Shown here one piece after another: positions 1-14,467 of a stretch of DNA of 64,000 nt. The stretch lies in the NCBI RefSeq assembly GCF_902652985.1, contig NC_047016.1, forward strand, positions 33,480,001-33,544,000, written 5' to 3'. A model generated the notes under the pieces. That model was not told the origin of the DNA, made no database searches, and saw nothing but the letters and a program-made list of their open reading frames with translations. The DNA is from Pecten maximus (lineage: Eukaryota). Within the stretch, counting starts at the first letter, position 1. Every line of letters begins with the position of its first letter. Both the position numbers and the translations under genes were made by a program.

Positions 1-854
1 TAAACCACCTGTAATACCACAAATTGAGAATTGTCTTAACCTGAAGAATATATGATAAATAACAGTACTTAATCCCTGGAATCACTGGATGACATCAATC
101 TAAGTCTTGAGTGACTTCTGTGATGTATGGGTATGGAGCATGACGTTGTTTGAATAAATATCAGGTAAATGCAATTCTTTGTTTTTTATTAAACAATTAC
201 TGTGCTATACTTTTTAAATAACCAATAAAGGCATTGCAATTGGCATGATATCAATTTAATATTTTCTTTTAAATACATCCATAAAAACAATGCTATTGTT
301 TTCTTCCAAAAACATATATATTTGTGACAAATTTAGAAACTAATTCATAAACATAAGGTATGTACGTAAAGAAATTGATTTGTAATATTGATACATATTT
401 CAATTCAAACATGAAATACTGTAACAATAATATATATGTATTGTACATTTCATACACCAGACTTTTCGAACAGCTATCCGAAAATTTCTTGTAAATACAT
501 GTTTTCAACAAAACAATAAGTATCTTTAAAAACTGCTATTAAAAATTTACATTCCATCTTAACATTGTAACATGTAATTGTCTCTTTGGGCAGCAATGTG
601 CTAAAATAAAATAATTTTATCACATACATGTAGGCATTAACATAATATAACTATCACATATTTGACACTAAACAGTGTCATCATTAGTTTTAATAGATGT
701 GAAATAATTCCAGTCTGTGACCTCTGTCACCATAAACAATACTCATCTTGATGGAACCAACTCAAGTACGGAGTGTCACATTCACCATAGCACATTTGTA
801 ATGGAACAAAGTCATCAATGTTAGTCGTAATGTCAAATGTCAACTTGGGCAGAA

Positions 855-3800
855 TCATACTTTTCTTGGAAGTGGATTGACAATCATGCTTTCAATACAT
901 TCAAACACAGTATGGGGGTCTTGGTCAGCATTCACGTGCTGTGCATCGACATAAAAGTCTGAAATTTCCTCCACATAAGCATTATAAGTAGCTAGGCGTT
1001 TGTTGACCTGTTCTGCCTCATCTTTAGGAAGCTTTTGAAGCCTTGCCTTAACATCCTCTGTGCGTGGTGGGTTGTACAGCATGTGGTAGCGATCTCCAGT
1101 GATGGGGTCTGTGGCCCGAAGTGTCAGACGCTCCACCACAGAATCATTGGGGACATTCAAAAAGAACACTCTGAAACAATCCAATTGTAAACGGATTAGG
1201 AAATTCTAAAGTGAAGACTTTGAGTTGAGAATGGGTGGGGTGGGGTAGGGGGATATGTAATATTTGTTTTATTTTCATTTAAGTAACTTCATTCAATTTC
1301 AAATAAAAATACATATAAAACTAAAATAATAAACTCCCCTAAAGAAATTGGTAAGGTTTATTCTAATTATTGGTCAATCAGTACCATTTCGAACTTATTT
1401 CTTGAATCCATACAAGATTTTTGATATTACAAAATACCTACTAGCTAATAAGAAAAGTCTTCATGAAAATCATTAACAGATAACTTATGTACTTTGAAAC
1501 CAATGGTGAAATGCACTCAATCTATCATTTTATCTATTTGATGAATAGTAAACATTTAATGTATCTCAAAGTCCTGCCTTACATATCTACGGGTAATACA
1601 TATACAGGAACTCCCTTTTTAGTGACAAATGATGACAGTATAATGAGGTGTTGCTATATACAGTAGCAGATACAACTACCTAAATATCTCACCTGTTAGG
1701 GACAAATCCTTCCTGTGTGAGACCTTCTGCCTGTTCCCGAGTCCGAGGGTATCCGTGCAATACCCAGCCCCTACTCATACAGTCCAGCTGGGAGAGGCGC
1801 TGTCTGAGGATCTCCATTACTGTCACGTCGGGCACTGTAGGGGGACAAATACACTGTATTATCTAGTCTTTGATTCACTATACAACTCTACCATTGGCAA
1901 ATACTATAATTATGCTTTGCTTCAATGCAACTAGACAACTGAAAAGAGGTAGATACAATTTTTTGTATTATATTCTTTCGTTCTCATTACATAAGCCTTT
2001 CAAGCTGTGACAAATGACAAGTACAACAAAAAGGCTATGGGACTTTGTCTTGATTTCAACACAACATGTAATAGAAAAGCATGGTAATGCTCCAGTATCA
2101 AAAAGAGGCAGAAACATGATACAGTGGTGAAAACTTGCATGACATCTTAATAATGAAACTATGAAGTCAATCTGTACAAAATTACAGGAATATATGTCCT
2201 GAAGTTATTCACAGTTAGAAAACCATACAGACAGACTTACCCATCATATCTTTGTTGACATATGGTATGGCTGTCTGTCCTTCCTTTGTTTCATCTGCTA
2301 TTGCTTGCTTGATCATGGAGCCACACGACACTACAGCAAAATAAAGAGTTCAAAATATTATATTGCCAAATCATACATCTGATATGTCAATGTTAAAATA
2401 TGATAGAGAGGTTAAGCGACCCTTTACATATGTGTATGGATAGAAGGGGATTCCCAATAATTATATGCGCATGACATCATCAATTTATGTGGTTTTGCAT
2501 CTGCTACATGTAGCAACAATTTGTAGTGCAATAAATTACAAGTCATACCAAACATGTTCACAATTGTGTTTAAATGACAGATTTTTTAAATTAAATTTTC
2601 TGCATGTTTTTGCGATCTGTATTTTCTGACAAACTTAAGTCTTTTTTGGTTTTGTTACAAAATGTCCAGAAGTTGAGTGTTCAAAACAGATGCTTGCCCT
2701 AGATGGCGTTTTACAATATTACAGATATAAAAATCACATCTAGCCCATCAATTATAAAATGAAACTTACCGCTAACAAGATTGTATTTGGTGGCCAGAAG
2801 GGAGGCTTGTACACCCTTCCCTGATCCTGTGGCGCCTAATAACACCACGCGGGGTGTGTGAGGTGCATTTGTTCTCGCCTGTCCACACAGGTATGTGAAC
2901 ACTGCAAAAAGGAGAAAATTAATTTTTAGTACATTAGTATATATTTATTATTAATACTGAAATAGTATCGACATAATCTAAAAGTAACTTATGAGTCAAT
3001 CATCCTGACATTAAGTGTTTTATTCTGTGAGGCCCAGAGGGTCTGAATTACTCACATGGGTAGTAAGGAAATGGCAAAATTAGTTTTTTCTCTCATTTTA
3101 ACATTTGCCTTACATAGGCAAATGATATATCAGGAAATATTATGATTTTGTCTGCTAGCATATATCGAGACTCTGGTCTTCTGGTTCTTGAGAAGATTTT
3201 TAAAAGATTTTAACATATTTCACAATTGTGACCTTAAAATTACATCAAGATCATATTTGAACCATATGACTGTAAAGATAGGTCAAGGTCATTTATATGA
3301 GGAAACTTTATAGTAGTTCTCTATCACAGGTACCCACTGCCTACTTATAATAACTGACTCCTCTGACCTTGAAAATAGGTCAATATCATGGGGGGGGGGG
3401 TATAAAACTATCTTTTTTTGTTCCAATGAGCAAGAACAATTATGAGCTTTTGTCTACTAACAACTTCAATGAAAACACATATCAACAAACCTTGAAGAAA
3501 AACATCTGCCTGAGGCTGATCGGCGTTGACGGTTTTGAGTCCCTTATTGAAGCATGTGAGAATACCATCAATATGCCTGTGGTATTCTATCAATTTGGCT
3601 ACCATGTCCTCCTCTCCGTACCCCTCAGCTTCCTCCAGGCGGCTCTGTATCTCCGTAGAGGATGGCCAGTCAAAGGTAGTGTGATATATGTCTGTAAATT
3701 CAATTTGAATTAATTTAAATACATTGATATTGTAGGTTTGCTGCATTGAACAATTAACAAACTCAGAAAGGTTGAATTTTGAGATCTTAAAAATGGTTTG

Positions 3801-4640
3801 AAGTTATTCATATAAAATAACTTATCCCAGTATACTAATGTTCAAATATCATCACCCAAGTCATTTTGGAGAAGAAGATATTGAAATATTCTAATATTTA
3901 TTTGACACCTGCATATGACAAAGAAAATGAATATATCTATAGATAATTTCCCAAGGTCAGTTATCTGAAATTTGACATCACAGTAATAGAAGAATGGACT
4001 TTGAGTCACAATATAAGTCTGTTGTCTTCTGAGCATACATATCATGATCAGCTAAGACATTTAAAGGACTCGCCAGTTATTTTGATGTAGCACATGCAGC
4101 ACACTTTAGCTGTATACACAACTCATACATTTTCTTGTGTAAAGTATTTGATAATTATCCTTAATACACAACTTTCCTTACTAAATTTTAATATATTTCG
4201 AAAATACTATTTTTCAGCCGTTTGTACATTTGATGATTTTTAATAACATGTTGCAGTAAGGAGCCATAACTCCATGTATCTAAGCTGACCTCCAGTTTTT
4301 GGATCCACTCGCTTCCCATGGGCTCTTTCTATCAGCACTGTGTCTGGGGCATCTAACAGAACTGTAAAGAAATATGAAGGATATAATAAATCTATAAATT
4401 AAACATTCACTTTTTTGGTATTCATCTGGTATATACTAAAAATATGTCAGTGTTTTAGCATACGTTAACATTTATATACCTTAACAAAAATGGCATTTGT
4501 TGTCTAAATTTCAATTTGAAGTTGATTTATTTTTTAGAGGCTTATGTACAAAATGTAAGCGTTTAATTATCTTTAAACATTTGAATCCATATCAAACTTG
4601 CAGAAAAAAAAAATAATTTGGCAGAGGTAAAAAAAAAGAA

Positions 4641-4671
<31 letters not shown>

Positions 4672-7622
4672 CAATATAGGTGACTTAAATGACTTTACCA
4701 CAATGTTTTGGATGAATGCCTATGGCCTGTATAGCCAAGGCCTGTTCTCTGGTCTGCGGAAATCCTTCCATTACCCAACCCTTCTTTACACAGTCTGGAA
4801 GTTTGACCCTGTCTTCAATCACCTTCACCCACATATCAGTTGGGATAGGCTTAAAGAGAAAGTGAAATAAACTGTTAAATTCAAATCATCCAAATAAAAT
4901 GAAACCACATGAGTTAAACTAATGACATGTCCTGAGTGAAAATACCACAACACAATCCTTAGATGTGTTGCAATACCAGGTAGTTTATTTTTTCACTGAG
5001 CATAAAGATCTACGTATATATATCCTAATCACTGCAATAGCATTCACTCAATTAAAAAACTATTTCAATGCCAAGCGAAAGATGGCCGAGTAAGTGGTTG
5101 GTACAACACATACAAACAATATGTTGGAATATGATAACATATATGATCGGTGCAGAATTGAATTTCTATAAGCAAAACATACAAACTACTAGTAGCAGAA
5201 ATTCAGGAATGTATATATATTGAGCTGCTAGCCTTTTTAAAACTACATGGATACCTGGACTTTATTATTGTTTAGTAACCATAAACATTTTCATTATTCA
5301 TTAAAGATATAAAAAACAAAACAATTGAATGGTTTTCCTGTGAATAATATCTTCCATTTACAGGCATGATATTCTGTCAAACTCATGAAATGAAGGTCAG
5401 CAGGAAAAGATGAAATACACTTATTCTTTGTATTAAAGAGGCATAATCTTTAAAAGAAACAGTCTGCTAAAAACCATGAAGTTTCTTGAAAATGGACAGC
5501 ATTGTCAACATCATAATCAAAATAAACATGGTACAATTTCTAACAAAACAATCGGCAAATTACAGGGCCCCACCAGTATGAAATTATATTCAAAGAATGC
5601 ACAGATGATCAATTCATTAGAAACAAGCTTGTTCCACAAGATACAGTCCGAACAAACTTTTTGTTTGATATTGGTCAAACATAAAAATATAGGTAAGTTT
5701 GAATAGTTTGATGTCAGAGTGACCTACTTTTGACACATAACACATCACCACACTCCAGTGAACCAAAGCCACAAGCATGAAGTTCCAATGTCAAGTAGTG
5801 TAGGTGATACAGCCCTCACAGTTATTTTCTTTGATGTCGGTCAAATTTCAAAATGTATGTCAGAGTGACCTACTTTTGACACACGACACACCACCTCAGC
5901 ATGAACACATGCCCCCAAGTATGAAGTTCCAGTGTCAAGTAGCCTAAGAGATAGAGCCAAGACAAGATAATGTGTGGAAGGAAGGATGGACACACACAAA
6001 ACTCTAGTCACCCTGGTCGAACAAAATTTAGATGATAATCTTAAAATATCTAGTTTATAAGCAACTTACTTGTTTCTTCTTCTGTAGTTCTAACATCTTC
6101 ATCTTAAGATCAGTCTCTGCTTCCGTGATGAGGTTTTCTGTTGTTAGGTGAGCTGTCCTAAGTTTGGTGGCACACATCTTAGAAATGGTCTTCTTTCCAG
6201 AAGCAGGAGGCCCTATGATGATCACTTGTGGAACTACAATTACAAAAGAACAGATCATGCTGACGATATTCATTCACCTTGTACCAACAATCTGCAGTAA
6301 ATAGTTAATAACAAGGAAAATGCAATTGAATATGGACCAAGAATCAAGACAACGGAGACACAAGTTTTAGTACTAGAGAGGTTCAGTATTCAGCAGAAAC
6401 AGAAGATGGAAATTACTTAATCCTTTTTTAAACTGAATTTTTTTTCATAACATATTGTTTTGCTGTATACATATGTATCGAAAAAAATTAACATTTTTTA
6501 TAAATAATATTTGATGATTTTTCAAAATTCAAATTCAGTCCCAGTTAATTAAGTAATGCTCTTTTCATTTGGAATGCCAGTTTACAACAGTTGCTACATT
6601 ACATTACAGATTTATAGTAAATCGAAAACCTCTTAGATGATATATTTTATTGTTTTATTATCTAATAACATGATGTATACAACAATAAGATGAACATAAT
6701 ATCAATCAACAAGGTTAGACAGATTTCTTACCATCATGAGTATCTCGCTTCAGTAAGTCAATGAGAAATGCAACTGGGTCAGCAGGTTTGCTAATTATCA
6801 GCTGCTCCATCAGCTTCTGCTCATTGAAAATTATAATAAAGAAACATATTTCTATCAATTAAATCTTCAGTCCATCATCAGGCTGCTAGCTTTTTGATGT
6901 CGTCATTATTAGCCTTTATAAATCACATTTATGTCACAATTATTAACACATCAGTGATGATTGTGAAGACATAAAGTATTTTCAATATATAAGATCATAA
7001 CAACCTCTCCTTAATTTGATGTTTCATTTGTCCACTATATACATATGTATACATGTATTTAGTCAGTGCTTAATTCTTATCCCCACTGACCCTAATTTAA
7101 TAGTGGCTTTTGGTAGTGAAAGGGTTTCTATTACTGACAGTAAAAGTATTTATTAACTGTTACTTTTCCTTTGAATCTCTAGACAGACACTCTAACAGGT
7201 AAACTGCTTGGCCACCACTCAAACAATGTTACATTACAGAACAGTACAGTAGAGGTTCAACACAGGAAACGTACAAATGTACATTTGTATGACAGGTGTG
7301 TCATCACGGTCAACACAACTACATTTTGTAGCTGTTACTGTATCACGTGTATGTGCAATGTTGATCTGAATAAATCTGACTAACTTTCTGATTTTATATA
7401 CTATATTATTCTATATGTACATATGCATACCGTCTGCTTAGCAAAAGGTACATGCCGTGTATATGGATGAATGTCGGTGTCCAAAATTACATGTGACAAA
7501 CAGCAACCGATTACAATTTTCATTGACAATAATTTTACCTTGTACATTTCGAAAATTCCATGTTTTTCGGCATAAGTGCTAAACTCCGGTGGAATTAACA
7601 ATGGCCTTTTTGTTTGATCCAT
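855..7622 (-). CDS. AK8: Adenylate kinase 8 (two tandem adenylate kinase domains, N-terminal docking-like helix), 10 coding exons, 478 aa
   Basis: Hand-spliced GT-AG exons: 7622-7539, 6816-6732, 6233-6070, 4849-4699, 4361-4290, 3691-3491, 2901-2770, 2330-2241, 1834-1693, 1170-855. Total 1437 nt, phases consistent. Two P-loops ([17 protein letters not shown]), two G(F/Y)P.TREQA motifs and LID-like segments ([24 protein letters not shown]). N-terminus [25 protein letters not shown] resembles AK8. Confidence 0.93.
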
Positions 7623-7639
7623 GATTGTGTTTCAACAAA

Positions 7640-7776
7640 CAGTTGTCTATAACTAACAATGTGTTTCACGTTTTGATCGACGTTGATGTTGTTGGCGTCA
7701 ATGGTTGCTATGTTTTGGCAGAAGGAGCGATAGCTTGTAACGGGCTGTTTGATTGGTCAATTTAAAAAGCCAATTG
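7640..7776 (-). promoter_or_regulatory. Putative AK8 proximal promoter with CCAAT boxes and RFX X-box-like half sites
   Basis: ATTGG at ~7752 and CCAAT at ~7770; GTTGCTATG at ~7705 and GTTGTCTATAAC at ~7642, just upstream of the ATG. AK8 is a motile-cilia gene, a class typically RFX-regulated. Confidence 0.35.
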
Positions 7777-9095
7777 TTGACACTAATATCGAAACCGAAC
7801 ATGATAAAGTCCGGAATACAAACATCTCCAATCGTTAATGATCGATCTCAAATAGTAAATGATCGATGCAAATGACTGATTTTAACTTTATTCACACGTA
7901 TTTGTTAACTAAGTACAGTACAATCATCTTAGATAATATTCAGAAATTAAGAGAACGTCTTGCGGGGGCACCTGTCGAGCGACTAGCCTGAGATTGTAAT
8001 AATCATTTTTTTGTAATAATATCACATTTATTGAAGCGAACATAAATACTAATATACTTACATTTATGTCAAACTTTTTTTTAATTCTATAAACTCTCAA
8101 AAATTGATTTTTATTTTACAAAATTTATAAGAGAACAGATAAAGTATATATATCAGCATACTAAGTTGATTTCTAGTCAGAGTGCCTTTAATTAAGATAA
8201 ACAAACGCGAGATTTTTATTTTCATATTCTTCCAATAAGCAGACTAACACTATCTACTTTACTAGACTGACACATATTTAAACACTTAAATGTAATTGTC
8301 TTTTTGTGGGCGTTTTAATTATTTTCAGTAAGGGATAGAGAAACATCGCAATGAATTATTTTTTCTCATTATTACATTTGAAATCTAAGACACCACATAA
8401 CTACTTTAAAGGCACGCAAGACACGATATAAAATACTTCGATACAAACTAATTAAGAGTTGGGTACAATAGTATAGGAGGGCCAAAAAATAATCAAAATG
8501 TCCTATAGCTACAATCTGATTACCGGCATCCATGATGCTCCTCTCAGAACACATAAAATTGAGAATCAGGAAGCAACGCAGGAAACTCAATCTTAATGGA
8601 AGGGGTGCAACAGTAACCTGAGTAAATTTTATCATTTCAAATACATGTATTGTATTTCAAGAGAATTCTGAACCGTGTCACTATATTCAAATTCAAACTG
8701 CCATATTGATTCATGTTTGTCTCTGGAGTAGCATGTATGTACTTGGAGTGTAGATCAATTAAGAATATTTACCATTGTATGGCACTGCCACTATATAACC
8801 CTACCAATTCAGTTGCGAGTTCACCAGCTTATGAACTGCCAACTGAAATTTGAATTTGAAAATTTCAAAAAAAAAATCGCACGACAAATAAAAAAATCGC
8901 AGATGGTGAATATAAGCATTGAACGGCTTTCAGTTGGCATTCATAGTCAATATGAATGCCAACTGGACAGAGGCAAATTCAACATGAAGCGCGCTAAATG
9001 AACGGTAAATATTAATTTTAATAGTTCAATCCAATTTTTTTCCTTGGAATATTTCTAGGAGCTATTTTAAGTGTACCGATGAAGCTGCCTTACGC

Positions 9096-9770
9096 ATGGG
9101 GTGCCGTTTTAGTATTTATCAACAAAATATGATATATTTAAAACTCATGTATATTGATATCAATAGTTCTAATTAATGATATTATTAATTCCCCAAATTT
9201 TTGAGGAAATGACTGCCCCCTCTAAGAATGTCAAAAATGACGGTTCTTGTGGAATGTGGCAATTAAAAAAACACTATTACTTTTAGGCAAAAACAAATTA
9301 TGTATTTTATCTCATTAAATGATAACAGTGATATGGATCAGTTCTTGATTTATTTTTGTTTTTGTTTTGCGGTCCACATCACCGTTGTCAAAACAACATT
9401 GCCCCCGAATAACCTTTTGTCTGGTATATCAAACAGCAATTGCAGTTTATTGTCCATCTTGGTTTTAAGTGTAATACCACCAAAATGGGGAGAAATAAGT
9501 ATTTACTGTGGCTCCACAAACAAATTCATGATATCATTAATAATTAATAATATTTAATGATATCGATAAATGGATTTAGTGATATCAATAATTAGTTAGT
9601 GATATCACTAAACGAATTATATCACTCATTCGATTTATTGATATCATTAATTCCAGGAATAAGTGATATCATAAATTCGAATCAGTGATATCATATATTC
9701 GAATTAGTGATATCATTTATTCGATTTAGTGATATCACATTTTGCAGATAATACTAAAACGACGCCCAAT
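9096..9770. mobile_element. Non-autonomous element (MITE-like) with imperfect TIRs and an internal ~20-bp GTGATATCA tandem array
   Basis: Left ATGGGGTGCCGTTTTAGTATTTATC is the reverse complement of right GATAATACTAAAACGACGCCCAAT with few mismatches. Internal repeats of agtgatatca..ttcga at 9525-9740. Confidence 0.6.
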
Positions 9771-9812
9771 AGTTACGTATTACATGAACCCAGGGTTGTA
9801 ACTAAACCATAC

Positions 9813-10009
9813 CTAAGTTGTCGTTCCTGCTCCATGTGGGTATTTCCACCTGTCCTATTTTAAGTTAGAAAATTTGAGATAAGAGATCAAAACAAATTTT
9901 AAAATTATTTTGACAAGCAGACCGACGTCAGTATCTCTATCAACGGTATTTAATGCTAGTGATACATATAAAGCACGGATTATAATATACAGAAGACATA
10001 GCCCTACAC
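9813..10009 (+). promoter_or_regulatory. Putative non-coding first exon/TSS region of innexin copy 1
   Basis: AAGTTGTCGTTCCTGCT...GGTATTTCC resembles the AGTTATCGTTCTTCT...TTATTTCC block upstream of copies 2-4. It is followed by a GTAAGT donor at 10010. Confidence 0.4.
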
Positions 10010-10273
10010 GTAAGTATAGCAAATTAAGGTGTCTTTGATTTAACTATAACAATGAGCTGGTCATTTCACTTACAATATGTCTTCTAAAAAAAAACAGTCT
10101 AGATATTTTCTGTACAAATGAAGGATAGATAAGGCAATTAAATGCATCTTAGAATACGTAATATGTATACATCTTTAATAATTCAATTAATCAATGGTTC
10201 GGCATTGCTCCGTAACGACAACTTGACTTGGCTATATCTGGACTATATAGGTCACTCACTTTCACTCTATATA

Positions 10274-11484
10274 CAGTGGAACTTCGTTAACTCGAAGTCG
10301 ACGGGACCACGAAAAAACTTCGAGTTATCCGAGTGTTCGAATTAAGCGAGTTATCGTTTTTGGTGAAAAGTTTGGTCAATATTTGTCAATATTATATAAA
10401 CATTATAACTTCGCTCTGTCGCTCATCAGTTTAGTGTGAAGACTGGTCAATACATGTAAATATATATGTAATGTTTGTTATGTCACTTGTAATTTGGTGT
10501 AGTTTTGCCGATATACAGTCACGATAAAGTTTCTTTCACTTAGTCACTTCAATAACGATCTGATGTGCAAGTCATGTTTGCAAAAGGTAAACGTTAAAAC
10601 GGAATTCGACAAAATAACAATTTATTAATGTCAAAACAAATAACCGTTTAAGTTTAACACAGATTGCATACAAAACGTAACAGAACCATTACCTTTTATT
10701 GGACATATATAAAATACTGTTTGATCGGCCTACTTACTTTTTATTGATAACCACGCCATTTCCATGTGTACTAGCACCGGAAGTTGGGCTGCGCATGTGC
10801 GTATAAAATGTTACTGTAACTGAGTTGGCGTTTTATCCGATTTAATAGACAGCACTGACCGTTACAGTTGTACTCTGAACACCTCGGCAGTAATTACGCT
10901 ATTGTTTCAGCAGTTTAAAGATTTAATAGGCGCCGGTGACTGTGTCACCCATTTCTACACCTGTAAAAACATCAGCCGGGTAGATCTACCGGTGTGTCAG
11001 AGATTAGTTCCGCTTGAGCGAACGGGTAGATGAGTTGTTGACTATCGTGTGTACTGATATCGGCGACCGCCTTGGGAAATTACCTGATGTAAGTAAAGCA
11101 GTACTTTTTATCACCAAGACTTGTTGTTATAAGATTCAACCGACAATTTCTTTTATGAATTTATGAAACACTTATAATAGCATGTAGGTTAGTAGTGCCG
11201 ATATGTTCAGTATTACAAACGGAATTTAGCTCTTAAAAAATGTCGGCGTTTGCCACCGATCGACGAAAATTATACTTCGAGTTATTCGAACATTTCAAGT
11301 AGGATTTTTATTGTTGGGACCAAAGTTTACTTCGTATTATCCGAGTTTTTCGAGTTATCCGAATTCGAATTATCCGAGTTTTTTTTTACTAAGATAAAGA
11401 GAGAATTCGGCCGGGACCGGCGAGGTACTTCGAGTTAAGCGGGGTATTCGAGTTATCCGAGTTCGAGTTAACGAAGTTCCACTG
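10274..11484. mobile_element. Non-autonomous Tc1/mariner-superfamily (pogo/Tigger-like) DNA transposon
   Basis: Perfect 23-bp TIRs CAGTGGAACTTCGTTAACTCGAA / TTCGAGTTAACGAAGTTCCACTG with TA on both flanks (10272-3, 11485-6). Multiple subterminal TTCGAGTTATCCGA repeats. No transposase ORF. Confidence 0.9.
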
Positions 11485-12423
11485 TAATCTAAAATGGTAG
11501 TCTTGTCTTTGGATTTATGCATTATGCCGCTTGCGCCTGTTAGTTTTACCGCTAATATCGTAAAGTGAAGTCCAGTGGAAGGACTCCAGCAAGAACATAA
11601 TTTCATTTTGTATTCAACAAAACCAAGCGTAAAAAAGCAACATGGTTTTCGAATGTGGTCGAGTTGCTCAAAATATCGTATTTCCGCCTCATTTGATAAG
11701 CACATTTCAACTTAGGGAGAAGAAATCTTAATATATTTTTAATTATCGATCGATACCTATTCCTGGGAATGTCCTAACAGGTCAAAACTAACTGCTGTGT
11801 AGTTACTTAATCTAAACTTATTGATATGGTTATCTTTATCTTATTGTCAATCAAACCATATGATGGGTCATCGTATCAGTTGAATTGAAATTAAACTTGA
11901 AATAATTTCCATTCCTTTACGATCCTCTACGACACAGTGTACACTTGTATTACAGGGTATTCTGGAGGAATGGACACTACTACAAGTCAAGGCTAGTTAT
12001 AATCTTAATTAGACTGATCACCGCATTTGTGTTTTTTTGTTTTCCTTTGGTGTTTCTTTTTTGGGGGGGGGGGGGGGGGGGGGGGGTTGATGCAGTTGCA
12101 TCAAAACTCACAAGTGCAATGGGCACCGCTTATATAGGGGTATAGGGAATGCTAGTCCGAATTTTCTGACGATCTTATTAACATCAGAACCCTTCGGATT
12201 AAGGGAATGAAAAATGGCAATTAGTCGATCCAATTTTGGCATCCAACCAAGCACAAGACTGTTAATCATTACCCGACCGTGGTTGGTTGTAACACACCAT
12301 GAAGACTAAATTTGCCTTTTGGAAGATCTAAAACATTAATAACCAGGTTTGGGATAAGACAAAAACATACATTGAGGGGAAAGCAAAAAACTCCATGTAC
12401 TTAGTATATCTACCAATGTATAC

Positions 12424-12645
12424 TTTTGGTTTGTTTGTGTTTAACGTCTTATTAACAGCCAAGGTCATTTAAGGACGTGCCAGGTTTTGGAGGTGGAGGA
12501 AAGCCGGAGTACCCGGAGAAAAACCACCGGCCTACGGTCAGTACCTGGCAACTGCCCCACGTAGGTTTCGAACTCGCAACCCAGAGGTGGAGGGCTAGTG
12601 ATAAAGTGTCGGGACACCTTAACCACTCGGCCACCGCGGCCCCTG
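12424..12645 (-). mobile_element. Full-length tRNA-derived SINE (V-domain type) with 9-bp TSD
   Basis: On the minus strand: GGGGCCGCGGTGGCCGAGTGGTTAAGG (A box), GAGTTCGAAACC (B box), core TCTCCGGGTACTCCGGCTTTCCTCCAC, and a tail ending ACAAACAAACCAAA. TSD AATGTATAC at 12415-12423 and 12646-12654. Confidence 0.88.
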
Positions 12646-12823
12646 AATGTATACAATGTCATGTAAACCGTATCAGATACTCACTCTACCTAGACTAATG
12701 TTTGTCAATAATATTGTTCATTAGTGGATTTCTCATAGTTTATGATTTATATATACCAGATACTGTCTGTTTACATCAATCGTCAGAATATTAATATTAA
12801 TATGTTCACAGGTAAATGATAGC

Positions 12824-14467
12824 ATGGTTTGGCGTCCGTTTATACGACATTTGACCCAGTCCAGTGTCCGTCTAAATGACCAGTGTGGGAGACTCAACAG
12901 TACGTGGACAGTGGGCATCCTTGTCCTGTTTGCGGTGTTGACGTTTTTCATCCAGATTCCCTATGACGATGCAGTCAGCTGTTGGACACCCACTGATTTC
13001 ACTTACGCATTGATAGTATATACAAACAAAATATGTAGCCACTCTGGTGTCCATTATCTGCCTGTGACCAAGGATATTCCGAATATGGGACACACGGGAC
13101 GAGATGCATTGCAGTTCAAATGGCGATGGCTACCACTTATCCTCCTCGTGCAAGCACTGCTGTTCAAACTTCCTGATATTGTCCTATCGGTAGGACAGGG
13201 TCTATTGGGATTCAGGTTTACCAAGATATCAGGACTTACAGATGGCTACGAGACACTTAATATGGCCGACCGAACCATAATGGGGAGACAAGTTGGAAGG
13301 CATTTGAAGAGCTGGATAGACTCGACTGTATCGAAAGGTTGTCCATGGGGATGGCTGACCTTGCTCATTCTCTTCACCAAACTTCTATACTTCATCAACA
13401 TCATCACACAATTATCTGTCATGGATGGTATTCTGAAATCTGATAACCAGTCTTCTTTTGGAAGACAAATGTTTGATAACATTATCGGGGGAAATCAAAG
13501 CGAATTTCATACATTTGATTCTCCATTCAGCCGCATAACGTTGTGTTCTTTTCAAATTAATCAGCTGCAAGCATTACAAAGATGGACCGTGCAGTGTATC
13601 CATAATAACATAGCATACTACGAGATGATTATGTGTTTCCTATGGCTGTGGTTCGTTGTGGTATCGGTAATAACTACGACCAGTGGATTAGTACAGAGTT
13701 TAACAGTAATAATGCCAGTCTTTAGGAACCGGTAAGTAAACTGATGGCTTGTTATCAGGTTAGACATGTAAATATTGGTCAATATGGTGCCGCTTCGGAT
13801 AAATATGGAAACGTTTTAAACCCGCCCCCTTCCTGCAGAACCAACTGATACCTCCTTCCTGAAGAACCAATTGATCGTATGCCGTCCGCATGTCGTCACA
13901 GTTTAATGCATTATATTTAACCAGTTCCAAGGTAGCATTTACATGTATAATCCATTAATGTTTTCAAAAAAGTTGAACTTGATCCTATAATGAGCTGGGT
14001 TTTTTTTTACATCACGCCTTAATCAACTTTTTTTTTAATTTTTGAATCCTACAAAAAGTTCAACGAACGATCTAAATTGTCATTGTTTTTTTATTTGTTG
14101 TTACAGATACATCAAGAGTTACCTGTATATGTCAAAGGAAGTGTCCCCATCCCCATCAGACAACGATATTGGCAGGTTTGCGGGGTCAGAAATAACAGAG
14201 GACGGTGTGTTTGTATTGAAAGCGATTGGGGAGGCATCATCTGAACACCTGGTCAGGGACGCCGTCATCTATCTGTGGCATTCCACACATGATCAACACA
14301 GCTCTGTTCCTCAGGGACCATCAGAACACGTTGGTCCTCCGTCATACTTACCAGGGTCGTTAGTACCGGGTCAGGCTTACGGGCCAGGAGATACTACATC
14401 ACCCACGCGATACCGAACTCAGACGGGTACTGAGACTGTCCCTCTACCGGCAAACCAACCAAAGTGA
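12824..14467 (+). CDS. Innexin family protein, copy 1 (422 aa; exons 12824-13731 and 14107-14467)
   Basis: Four hydrophobic segments; EL1 Cys pair (VSCWTP...NKIC); WLPLILLVQALLFKLP corresponding to the innexin TM2 W.P..L..QA..F..P motif; EL2 Cys pair (ITLCSF...TVQC); post-TM4 DGVFVL motif. Phase-2 GT-AG intron keeps the frame. Confidence 0.9.

Noticed and set aside
12570-12645. Possible tRNA gene (also 55955-56029)
   Set aside because: A/B boxes are present, but these are SINE heads followed by core/tail sequence; no clean cloverleaf or acceptor stem.
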